A program made the position numbers and the translations under genes. 64,000 bases of DNA from Methanotrichaceae archaeon (GTDB lineage Archaea > Halobacteriota > Methanosarcinia > Methanotrichales > Methanotrichaceae): the NCBI GenBank assembly GCA_963813075.1, contig CAWEXU010000010.1:67648-131647 (forward strand), in the 5' to 3' direction. The first letter of the stretch is position 1. Each line of letters starts with the position of its first letter. The notes under the pieces were generated by a model, which saw nothing but the letters and a program-made list of their open reading frames with translations, made no database searches and was not told the DNA's origin. Below are positions 22,768 through 31,780 of this stretch, in pieces.

Positions 22768-22826
22768 ATCGGACTGTCCGGCAGGAAAGCTCTTCTCTCC
22801 TATTTTTGACTTGAATACCTCCCGCC

Positions 22827-25574
22827 TCAAGCCGCGATCTTCTCGATCTTAATCGCGCAGGCCTTGTACTCCGGCGTCTTGGCCTGGGGATCGAGAGCGG
22901 CGTTGGTCAGAAGGTTGGTCAGGACATCCTGGTAATGGAAGGACATGAAGGCCACACCGCGAGATGATTTGTCTGTAACCTTAGCCTTTGTCTTGACCGA
23001 GCCCCTTCTCGAGCTGACCAAGACCATCTCTCCGTCCTCGATCCCAAGCTCCCTGGCATCGGCAGGGCTTATCTCTATTGACTCCTCCGGCCATACCCAC
23101 ATGATACCTCTGGACCTGCGGGTCATGGATCCGCAGTTGTAGTGCTCCCGTCTCCTGCCGGTGGTGAGAATTATAGGATATTCAGCATCCGTCTTTTCTG
23201 CCGGTGGCCTGTGCTCCACGGCATTGAACCTTCCCAGGCCGCAGCTGAACTGTCCAACATGCATCGTCTCTGTGCCCGGGCTATCAATGGTGGGACAGGG
23301 CCACTGCAGCCCGCCGTCATCCAGCCGGTCAAACCTCACTCCTGCGAACATGGGAGCTAATGCGGCGATCTCATCCATGATCTCTGAGGGATGATCGTAT
23401 TCCATCTGGTAGCCCATCCTCTGAGCGATCTGGCAGATCGTCTGCCAGTTCTCCTGGCCACAGAGGGCAGGGATCGCTTTGCGCACCCTTTGAATACGTC
23501 GCTCGCCATTGGTGAATGTCCCGTCGCACTCAGCGAAGCTGGCCGCGGGCAGTATCACGTCCGCATATCCGGTGGTCTCGGTGGGGAATATCTCCTGGAT
23601 GACCACAAACTCCATCTCCTCCAGGGCTTCACGCACCCGGTTGGTATCTGGATCGGTATGAGCAGGATCCTCTCCCAGGATGTAGATTCCTTTTATTCCG
23701 CTCCCTGGCTCGATCATATTGGTGGAGGTCTTGCCGATGTTTGCAGGTAGCTTAACCTTCCAGGCCTCCTCGAACTTTGACCGCACGCCGGTGTCCACTA
23801 CCTGCTGATAGCCTACAATGGCATTGGGAAGAGCTCCCATATCGCAGGCTCCCTGAACATTGTTCTGGCCGCGCAGGGGCATGACGCCAGTGGCAGGCCG
23901 GCCTACGTTGCCGGTGAGCATTGCCAGGTTGCCTAAGGACATCACATTTTGCGTTCCAGTGATGTGTTCGGTCATCCCCAGGCTGTAGATGATCATCGCT
24001 TTATCGACTGAGGCATAGAGCCTGGCCGCCTCAATTATGTCCTCTGCGGGAACGCCGGTTATCTCTGCTGCGCGCTCAGGCGGATAGGCGGCCACGACCT
24101 TCTCCAGCTTTTCGAAACCATCTGTGCGGCTTGAGATGAAGTCCTCGTCCTGCAGGCCTTCCCTGATTATCACATTCATCATCCCGTTCAGCAGAGCGAT
24201 ATTGGTCCCGGGCTTCAGGTTGAGCCAGACCGAGGCCAGGCCGACCAGCTCTATCTTCCTGGGGTCGGCGACTATTATCTTAGCTCCCTTTCTGGCTGCT
24301 TTGATGATCTTCAGGCTGACTATGGGATGGGCTTCAGTGGTGTTGGAGCCGATGATGAAAAGGACATTGGCATCTTCGATCTGGTCGAAGGAGTTGGTAG
24401 CTGCACCGCTGCCAAAGCAAGCGGCAAGGCCGGTCACCGAAGGGGCATGACAGACCCGGGCGCAGTTGTCCACGTTGTTGGTGCCGAAGACTGCTCGGGC
24501 GAGCTTTTGGACCAGGTAGTTCTCCTCATTGGTGCAGCGAGAGGAGGAGAGCGCTCCCAGGGAATCGGGGCCGTATTTGTCTTTGATCTCGCTGAACCTG
24601 CGGGTGACCAGGTCCAGGGCCTCGTCCCAGGAAGCCGGCTCGAATTGGCCGTTCCGCTTTATCAGGGGGGTGGTTATGCGGTCGGGATGGTGGACGATCT
24701 CCTCCAGGCCATAGTGGCCTTTAACGCAGAGCTGTCCCCGGTTTACCGGGCTGTTTTTATCTGGATGGACGGATATGATCTTATCTTCAGATATTCGGAG
24801 TTCCAGGCTGCAGCCCACCCCGCAGTAGGGGCAGATGGTGACCACGGTATTGTCCGGCCGGACCCATTTCTCCGAGCGGTCGAAGAGAGCGCCGGTGGGG
24901 CAGGCATCCACGCATGCGCCGCAGAACTTGCAGTCTGCCTCTTGCAGGGATTCGGGGCCGATCCAGTGGTTGCGGTGAAAGTCCGGATTGGTGGATAAGA
25001 TGCCCAGACCGCGCACCTCTTCGCACATTCTTATGCACCGGCCGCACATGATGCAGAGGTTGTAGTTGCGGTCGAAGAATGGCTCTCTTAAGACCGGCAT
25101 GTCCCGAAAAGAGGTGTGGTATCTGATTTTGTCCAGGCCGACGAATGTGACGGCCTCTTGCAGCTCGCATTGATTGTCGTTAGGGCAGTATTTGCAGCCT
25201 ACTGTTACCGGAAACTTTCGCATGCACTCCCGCAGGTCGGTGCATTCGTCTTTTCTCTCGCAGAACAGGCAGGAGGTGGGGTGGTTGGTGAGGGCGAGGA
25301 GCATCTCCAGGGTGTTTCGCCTCATCTCCTGCAGCTCCTCGGTGCGGGTCCTGACCACCATTCCCTCTGCTGCAGGAGTGTTGCAGGATGTGGGATAGTA
25401 ATCCAGCCCCTCCACAGAGACGATGCACAGCTTGCATGAGCCTATAGGCAACAAGTCCGGGTGGTGGCAAAGAGACGGCACATAAGAGCCCGCAATGCGG
25501 GCAGCATCGAGGATGGTGGACCCCTGGGGGACGGACACCTCTCGATCATCGATAGTGATTTTGATTTCTGACAT
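22827..25574 (-). CDS. fdhF: Formate dehydrogenase alpha subunit with N-terminal NuoG-like Fe-S extension
   Basis: VPSLCHH/GSCKLC, CIMCGRC, CPYCGVGC, DNCARVCHAP, RGQNNVQG and PEYK motifs. Confidence 0.94.
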   Translation of the reverse strand: MSEIKITIDDREVSVPQGSTILDAARIAGSYVPSLCHHPDLLPIGSCKLCIVSVEGLDYYPTSCNTPAAEGMVVRTRTEELQEMRRNTLEMLLALTNHPTSCLFCERKDECTDLRECMRKFPVTVGCKYCPNDNQCELQEAVTFVGLDKIRYHTSFRDMPVLREPFFDRNYNLCIMCGRCIRMCEEVRGLGILSTNPDFHRNHWIGPESLQEADCKFCGACVDACPTGALFDRSEKWVRPDNTVVTICPYCGVGCSLELRISEDKIISVHPDKNSPVNRGQLCVKGHYGLEEIVHHPDRITTPLIKRNGQFEPASWDEALDLVTRRFSEIKDKYGPDSLGALSSSRCTNEENYLVQKLARAVFGTNNVDNCARVCHAPSVTGLAACFGSGAATNSFDQIEDANVLFIIGSNTTEAHPIVSLKIIKAARKGAKIIVADPRKIELVGLASVWLNLKPGTNIALLNGMMNVIIREGLQDEDFISSRTDGFEKLEKVVAAYPPERAAEITGVPAEDIIEAARLYASVDKAMIIYSLGMTEHITGTQNVMSLGNLAMLTGNVGRPATGVMPLRGQNNVQGACDMGALPNAIVGYQQVVDTGVRSKFEEAWKVKLPANIGKTSTNMIEPGSGIKGIYILGEDPAHTDPDTNRVREALEEMEFVVIQEIFPTETTGYADVILPAASFAECDGTFTNGERRIQRVRKAIPALCGQENWQTICQIAQRMGYQMEYDHPSEIMDEIAALAPMFAGVRFDRLDDGGLQWPCPTIDSPGTETMHVGQFSCGLGRFNAVEHRPPAEKTDAEYPIILTTGRRREHYNCGSMTRRSRGIMWVWPEESIEISPADARELGIEDGEMVLVSSRRGSVKTKAKVTDKSSRGVAFMSFHYQDVLTNLLTNAALDPQAKTPEYKACAIKIEKIAA

Positions 25575-25680
25575 GTTCCCAACCGCGCCGGAGTTTGGTA
25601 AGGATCTATTGTATTTGTAGGTTGCTCTGAACACATATTGAACATCTGTGGAGATTGGAATGGTGAGTATATCTGGCAGT

Positions 25681-26033
25681 CTACCAGTTGTCGCTGTTAT
25701 TTTTATCGGCCCGCTTCGGAAAAGTAGATTCGACTTTTTCGGGCGTCCTGTCAGTTTCTATTAGCTTTTCCTCTTCTTCAATTTTTACATCGATCAATCG
25801 AAGGAAAAACCTTTCGGAGAAGCCAGAAATAAAAGCAGCCAGCAGAATTGCACCAAGATTATTTAAATCTATTCCTGAAATAATTTTATATGAAATGAAT
25901 ACGTATATCAGCAATGCAGCAAATGCACCGACTATGGGCTTTAGCTGTGTTCTGATTAAACTCTCTCGATACTTTGAAAGATTGGTTGTGGATCCTCGAC
26001 TTCTGTGGTTTGATTGGATTACAGATAACGGAT
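25681..26033 (-). pseudogene. 5'-truncated membrane protein gene
   Basis: The open frame LSVIQS...LKPIVGAFAALLIYVF...AFISGFSERFF has no start upstream of its TM helices; AT-rich. Confidence 0.55.
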
Positions 26034-26100
26034 TTTAACCACAAAGAGCACAAAGATCACAAAGGCCTCGCAAAGGTTAATCCAGTTCTTGATAGTGGCT

Positions 26101-26370
26101 TTGAGGGCCACCTTTGCCTGCATCCTGAAGGGCCGACTCGCGGCGTCCACTGAAAAGCAGCTCGTGTTAATGGATCGAACTCCCTCAGAATCTGGCCTGA
26201 AAGAAAATGACCGCAAAAGTCATCTCATCGGAGCATCGGCGGCCACGCAGCCAAGAGTGGTCGAGGGGCCAGGTGGTGGATGTGACGCTGTCAGAAGGCG
26301 ATAATAGTGCCATCATACGAGCGGGCAGGCAGATGCACGAATCCTGGCCTGTCTGGAGAATATTAATCAT
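26101..26370 (+). repeat. Copy 1 (partial, rearranged) of the island direct repeat
   Basis: GAAGGGCCGACTCGCGGCGT (26127-26146) is identical to 29164-29183; CCAGGTGGTGGATGTGACGCTG (26269-26290) is identical to 31388-31409. Confidence 0.85.
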
Positions 26371-26539
26371 TTTATAGCCCGCTGGGGCCAGGCTGCAATT
26401 CTGCTGCTCACCACCAGGGCAGTGCGGCGCAAATTGCGAGAGCGCTGGAATGCCCTAATTTATTGTCTTCCCATTCATCGGATCTCGTATTTGCTGCCAG
26501 CCGGACATAACGGCAGACGATCAGTGGCTTTCAGGCTAT

Positions 26540-26712
26540 TCAATAAGAAAAGAAAACTGATTGCGGGATATGAGCAAGGATGCAGACCGAGATCGTTCAT
26601 CCCATGCATAATGATCATAGATCTTGGTCCAAATGATGGCATAGCTATGGTGAGAATTGAATTTATAAGTGTTCATAGGGAGCACTTGGACCGGAAATTT
26701 ATTATAGAAAGA
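26540..26712 (+). pseudogene. cas2: Probable cas2 remnant (type I-G/I-U-like C-terminus)
   Basis: TEIVH...IMIIDLGPNDGIAMVRIEFISVHREHLDRKFII resembles the Cas2 C-terminus; lies directly upstream of the leader; N-terminal YDI motif absent. Confidence 0.45.
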
Positions 26713-26799
26713 TCGCTGATAAAAGGCAACGTGGTTCCAGGAGGTCCTTTGGGTCTGAAGCGCCCAGTAATACGAAAACTCCTGTGAAGACATACGCAC

Positions 26800-26960
26800 A
26801 ATTATTAAAACTATAAAGAGTATCGACGATCCGCGCTAAATCAGCGCATAGCGATATTAGATTAATAAAATCTCTTGAATCTGAGAAATATTTGGCAGTC
26901 AGGTCGATCCGCGAATAACGGCGTTATTTCGACAGCTGCAACAGCCCTAAAATGGCTGCC
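26800..26960 (+). promoter_or_regulatory. CRISPR leader
   Basis: AT-rich non-coding stretch abutting repeat 1; the repeat's ATTGAAAC 3' end implies + strand transcription. Confidence 0.65.
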
Positions 26961-27351
26961 CTATCCATTTCTGAGAAGAAGTGGCCCCATTGAAACGCAA
27001 CTTGAGATGTTCACACATTCCTTCTGCCTCTATCCATTTCTGAGAAGAAGTGGCCCCATTGAAACAATGGGTTGATTAATATCTACCCTTATCTATGCGG
27101 TCCTATCCATTTCTGAGAAGAAGTGGCCCCATTGAAACTATCGTTCTTATTTCCTGGGGCTGCCGATGTGACAACCCTATCCATTTCTGAGAAGTGGCCC
27201 CATTGAAACAAGAGTTCATTTCAGTTTGCATTTATCTCACCTTCACTATCCATTTCTGAGAAGAAGTGGCCCCATTGAAACGCCCATGAGCCCAGGCAGG
27301 GGCTCACACGTGACGGATGGAAAACCAGATATTTTAATCCGTCCATGTTAA

Positions 27352-27502
27352 GTCTGATATGGGCAGTGAAGGCTGACAAGTTTATGGGACACTTGATCCC
27401 GCGATTGAAACCAGCCAATACCCCTCGAATACGGGACTGCGTCTTAGAACGCGTATGGGAAATTATCCCCAATAAGGGAATGATCATCTGCCCATATCAG
27501 GC
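27352..27502 (+). ncRNA. Candidate IS110 bridge RNA in the left non-coding end
   Basis: 13-bp perfect closing stem CTGATATGGGCAG/CTGCCCATATCAG enclosing stem-internal-loop-hairpin units; position upstream of the IS110 recombinase. Confidence 0.65.
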
Positions 27503-27512
27503 AGAGACATAT

Positions 27513-28832
27513 ATGAAAAAACGAAGAGAAAGAGTTTGCGGTGCAGATGTCCATAAAGATCTGATCGTTGCCACAATAGCAGGCGACGAAGTGCCGCCGA
27601 TTCGAGAGAATTTTGGGACAACAAAATCCGAACTTGATAGATTTAGAAGCTGGCTTGCAGCTAACAAATGCGAACAGGTTGCATTCGAAGCTACTGGAGT
27701 CTATTGGATCCCGATTTATGATGCTCTGAGCCGAACCATAGATACCATTGTTGCCAATCCTCTGCAGATAAAGTCCATTCCAAATGACAAATCAGATTCA
27801 AAAGATTCAAAGCATATTGCAACTCTGTGTTTGAATAATCAAATCAAGAGATCTCGGGTTTTTTGCGATGAAGACCGAGAACTCAGGAACCTAACGCGAG
27901 CCAGAGCAGGATATGTCAAGACGCGAACTCAGTTCAAGAATCGGATACACAAATATCTCTCATCAAATGGCGTTAAACTCAGCTCTTCTATGGACGATAT
28001 ATTCTGCAAATCTGGAAATCATATCATAAGAGGTCTGGCTGAAGACAACCCTACCGAAGAGATCCTAAAAGGCATACCCTGCGGAAAGATCAGGAAAAAA
28101 CAAGACGAGATCAGATCAGCACTTGCCAATGAACTGAGTGATACAAATAGAATGCTGATAAGGGATGCTCTCGAAATCATGGACAATGTCGAATCCAAAA
28201 TAGAGAAGACAAGTTTTGAGGTTCTGAAAAAGATTCAAAAGAAGAGCACGGATTTGGCTATTGTTATGTCCATCCCTGGAATCGCATTTATCTCAGGTTC
28301 AGTCATTCTGTCAGAGATCGGAGACTACAGAGATTTTCAGACCCCTGACCAACTGGCGAAATGGTGTGGCCTCAATCCCGGTGAAAATGAATCTGCCGGC
28401 AAAAAGAGGAAATGCGGAATCACAAAACGCGGTTCCAAGTATATCCGAGTTGTACTTGTCGAGGCTGCCCAGACCATAGCTAATATGAAAAATACAACGC
28501 TGTCCAGATTCTACAAGAGGCTGAGCAAAAAGAAGGAGCATAATGTGGCAATAGTTGCCGTGGCCAGGAAGCTCATCTGTCTCATTTATCATCTTCTGAT
28601 CAACCAGGAGTTCTACCAAGAGGTTGGTTGCAGAAAGAGGAGAACGGGTCGAAATGAGTCCTGCCATGAACCTTCTTTGAAGGTGGAGCATCTGACAGAT
28701 AAGGTAGCTGCAATTGTGGATGCCTTTTATGGAATGAGCGAAAGTAACCGGAAGAAGGCCCTCATGCGAGTGCTTGAAGATATTTCTGTGAATAAGCCCG
28801 ACCGGAAAAGGTCATCTGATGGAGGTGGATAA
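27513..28832 (+). CDS. IS110-family DEDD recombinase/transposase
   Basis: GADVHK, FEATG and KSDSKDS (DEDD); SIPGI, ENESAGK (catalytic Ser region), RGSKYIR and AVARKL; intact ORF. Confidence 0.96.
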   Translation: MKKRRERVCGADVHKDLIVATIAGDEVPPIRENFGTTKSELDRFRSWLAANKCEQVAFEATGVYWIPIYDALSRTIDTIVANPLQIKSIPNDKSDSKDSKHIATLCLNNQIKRSRVFCDEDRELRNLTRARAGYVKTRTQFKNRIHKYLSSNGVKLSSSMDDIFCKSGNHIIRGLAEDNPTEEILKGIPCGKIRKKQDEIRSALANELSDTNRMLIRDALEIMDNVESKIEKTSFEVLKKIQKKSTDLAIVMSIPGIAFISGSVILSEIGDYRDFQTPDQLAKWCGLNPGENESAGKKRKCGITKRGSKYIRVVLVEAAQTIANMKNTTLSRFYKRLSKKKEHNVAIVAVARKLICLIYHLLINQEFYQEVGCRKRRTGRNESCHEPSLKVEHLTDKVAAIVDAFYGMSESNRKKALMRVLEDISVNKPDRKRSSDGGG

Positions 28833-29088
28833 CTCGTCTCTTGTATTTGATTTTTTTGGTTTTCCATGGGAAACTCTGTCAGGTTACTCGGATACTGGTT
28901 CTCTATCCATTTCTGAGAAGAAGTGGCCCCATTGAAACTATCCATTTCTGAGAAGAAGTGGCCCCGTGCCCGCCGGGAGAATACTATTCTAATTATTTAA
29001 AGCATGATCCAGTTATCTTTATCCGTCTATCTCATGTTCTCGTCTCATCCTACATACTGAAAATATTTGTTTTATTATTTCTCAAATC

Positions 29089-29195
29089 CAGCAACGGCTA
29101 TGCCACGATCGTATCCAAGCCTCCCCGGCGTTGAGGGGACCAGGGCATTAGCGCGGGAGGCCCGAAGGGCCGACTCGCGGCGTGCACTAAAAAAA
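29089..29195 (+). repeat. Copy 2 of the island direct repeat (structured core)
   Basis: GTATCCAAGCCTCCCCGGCGTTGAGGGGACCAGGGCATTAGCGCGGGAGGCCCGAAGGGCCGACTCGCGGCG. Confidence 0.9.
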
Positions 29196-29393
29196 TAGTC
29201 TGTGTAGATCGATTTTAGCCCTTATAACAGCCTGTAATTGAGAACTTAATTATGCTGAAATTCGAGATTTTTCGATCCCCACTCAAAGAAGTTCAGACTT
29301 TTCATCCACACCCGCCTGGAGAATCTTTCCTTTAATATATCACAATCCAAAACCATCGACGAAGCGAATACAGCCCTCAAAAAAAATACCGGA

Positions 29394-31272
29394 TCATTCC
29401 GCTAAAGTTCTCATCACCTTCGCCTCCGCCTTCACCGGCACGGGATAGAGCATCTGGGACCCTATCCTCTCCATGATCTCCTTAAGCCTTGCTGCATACT
29501 CCTCCGCTCGATCCTCCGGAACCTCCAGGATGATCTCATCGTGGATGGAGCCTATCATCCTCGCTTCCTCATCCAACAGCTTCTCATAGACCTCGGCCAT
29601 CACCAGCTTGATCAGGTCTGCGCCCGTCCCCTGGCAGGGGGTATTGTACATCTGGAACTTGCTGGCGGTGATCCCTGATCCAAAGCGCGGCCAGATCCGC
29701 CTTCTCCCGAGGACCGTTCTGGTGGCTGTCAGCGGCAGGGAGAAGAACCCCCGCACGCAGTTATGGAAGTGATGCTGTGCAGTGTAGCTCATCTGGGATA
29801 GCTGCATCTTCTGCCACTCTCTTATTCCCGGATAGCTGCAGAAGAACTTCTCCATGCGCTCTTCCGCCTCATCCAGGCAGATGAACTCGCCATAGTCGGA
29901 TAGGATGCGCCACTGCAGGGTCCTGGCCGATCCTCCGTAGATGAGCAGGAAGTTCATGGCCTTGGCCGCCTGCCTCTGCGAATCTGTCACCTCTTCCAGG
30001 GGAGTTCCGCTGATCCGGGAAGCAGTCAGGCGGTGCAGGTCGACGCCGTTTATAAAGGCCTGCTGCATCGCCTCATCCCCGGAAAGACGGGCCATTATGC
30101 GCAGCTCTATATTGGAGAAGTCGGCCTTGACATACCTCTTTCCTTCCGCCGGGCGAAACAGCCCCCTTATGGCTGGGGCATCCTCTCCCCGGCGGGGGAT
30201 CTGCTGAGCATTGGGATGACGGGAGCTGATTCGTCCGGTTGAGGCGGGAATCTGGAAGTACTGAGGATGGACCCTGCCGTCCAGAGGATGAACCCTCTCC
30301 AGCCATTTGTTCAGAAACAGCAGATTGTAGGAGAGGTGCCTGTAGCGCATAAGAGCCTCGGCGAAGGCGCAGCCTGCAGCGGCAAGGCTCCTCAAGACCT
30401 CGGCTTTGGTGCTGGCCGGTCTGTAGCCCCTCTTCTGCCAGAAATGCCATGACATCCTCCTGCCGGTCGGGATTCAGGTAATAGCAGAGCCTTTTGCCGT
30501 CATAGGAGACGGTGACAAATCCTTTCCTCTCTGCCTCATCCTGCATCCTCCCCACCAGGTCGAAGACTTCATCCTCCTCCTGGGCAAGGAGCTCCTTTGC
30601 TCCAAGGGAGTCCAGACCAATCCCCGATATCTCCATCTCCGCCAGGGCAACGGCAGCCCGAAACTCCAGGTCTGCTATCTTCTGCAGATCGTTTTTGGCT
30701 ATTAGCTCCGCCAGAATATCATGAAGTGGCAAAAGTACCATCGCATCGATGGCAGGGCCTGAATCCTTATCCAGAATGATTCCGAGATGCCTTTCCGCCA
30801 GTGAGGCCAGGCTGTGATCGACAAGCCTTTTCGTCCAGGGATTTTTTGGATTGCCGGATGGGGTCAGATAGTAGTACCCGGACCAGCACATATGGGAGGC
30901 GAGCATGAGGTCGAAGGTGCGGCAGGAGTTCAGCTTTCGACCGGCAATTGCCCTGATGAATGAGAGCACGGATTTCGAGTCGTACAGAACCTTCGTGATC
31001 CTCCCGTTCTCCAGCAGCCCGGCCAGGTCGCTGAGGACTCTCTCCATAATCACAGGTCGGTCGGCAATATCGGCTATATAAACTGAACTGTTGCTGGGAT
31101 GATTGGGAAGAGCGAGAATGATTCTCTGGATCTTGTGGCTCAGAGGATCGGGGCCGGTGGCAACGAAATTCAGGCCAAAGTATCCAGCCCGTTCTATCTC
31201 TTCTAATATGGATTCCCATTCGGGCAGAGACTGAACTGTTGTGACGGAATGGGGCGTGAGGCGATCTATCAT
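29394..31272 (-). CDS. polA: Family A DNA polymerase (degenerate 3'-5' exo domain plus polymerase domain), with one +1 frameshift at ~30438
   Basis: STGRISS..PNAQQIPR, ADFSNIELR (motif A), RQAAKAMNFLLIYG (motif B) and IHDEII (motif C); removing one base joins DVMAFL to QKRGY. Confidence 0.9.
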
Positions 31273-31377
31273 ATAAACCTATAATTGTGATGAAGCACTT
31301 CTAAAAACTTTCTGAAGATCTCCAAGTAGAACTCTTTACCCCAAGGACGGTGTTGATGACCTAGCACAGCCAGTACT

Positions 31378-31668
31378 GGCAGGTGGACCAGGTGGTGGAT
31401 GTGACGCTGCCTATGGAGAAGTAGTGGCAAAATACAGCTCGATTTGCTGGGCAAACTTGCAATTCGACCGGGCCCGCCTGGAGAATACTAGCTCCAGTAT
31501 ATCACAACCCATCAACGGCCAGCTTCGATTGTATCCAAGCCTCCCCAGCGCTGAGGGGGCCCAGGGCATTAGCGCGGGAGGACAAAAGGGCCGACTCGCG
31601 GCGCCCAATGAAAAGCAGCTCGCATGAATAGATCAAATTCCCTCTGAATCAGCCCTGAAAAAATGATT
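31378..31668 (+). repeat. Copy 3 (longest) of the island direct repeat
   Basis: Aligns with 32790-33012, 29089-29195 and 26101-26370. Confidence 0.9.
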
Positions 31669-31780
31669 GCACCATCATCTACTCCCTCGCTGTCTTCTTG
31701 ACTCCATCCTTGAAGGCACATTTCAAAAAATCCCAGCGAAAGATAGTTATCCTGAGCGATTAGGATTACCATAGAGTTGA

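Larger units (their letters stand above)
27282..28874 (+). mobile_element. IS110-family element inserted in the CRISPR array
   Basis: Starts right after repeat 5; GAAAC occurs at both ends (27277-27281, 28870-28874); 11-bp inverted repeat ATGGAAAACCA (27317-27327)/TGGTTTTCCAT (28857-28867). Confidence 0.88.
26961..28965 (+). CRISPR. CRISPR array, 36-bp repeat CTATCCATTTCTGAGAAGAAGTGGCCCCATTGAAAC, interrupted by IS110
   Basis: Repeats at 26961, 27030, 27103, 27177 (3-bp deletion), 27246 and 28903, plus a partial copy at 28938-28965; unique spacers of 33, 37, 38 and 36 bp; internal stem CCATTTC/GAAGTGG. Confidence 0.97.

Noticed and set aside
20722..25574. Selenocysteine-containing FDH
   Set aside because: Both genes have Cys at the ligand position and no in-frame TGA.
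26997..27029. Self-targeting: spacer 1 shares CTTGAGATGTT(C) with the S-layer repeats (~54183, ~55135)
   Set aside because: Only 11-12 of 33 nt match, which is compatible with chance.
26875..27487. ORFs 26875-27075 and 27221-27487, and the 27345 start for the IS110 gene
   Set aside because: They run through CRISPR repeats or the structured IS end. The recombinase domain begins at ATG 27513.
29089..29220. Island repeat as a canonical integron attC site
   Set aside because: AAC is present at the left in two copies, but there is no consistent GTTRRRY and no end-to-end hairpin; no integrase is in the window.
29394..31272. Naturally split exo and pol genes
   Set aside because: One extra base at ~30438 rejoins the frames cleanly, and similar single indels occur throughout the window.
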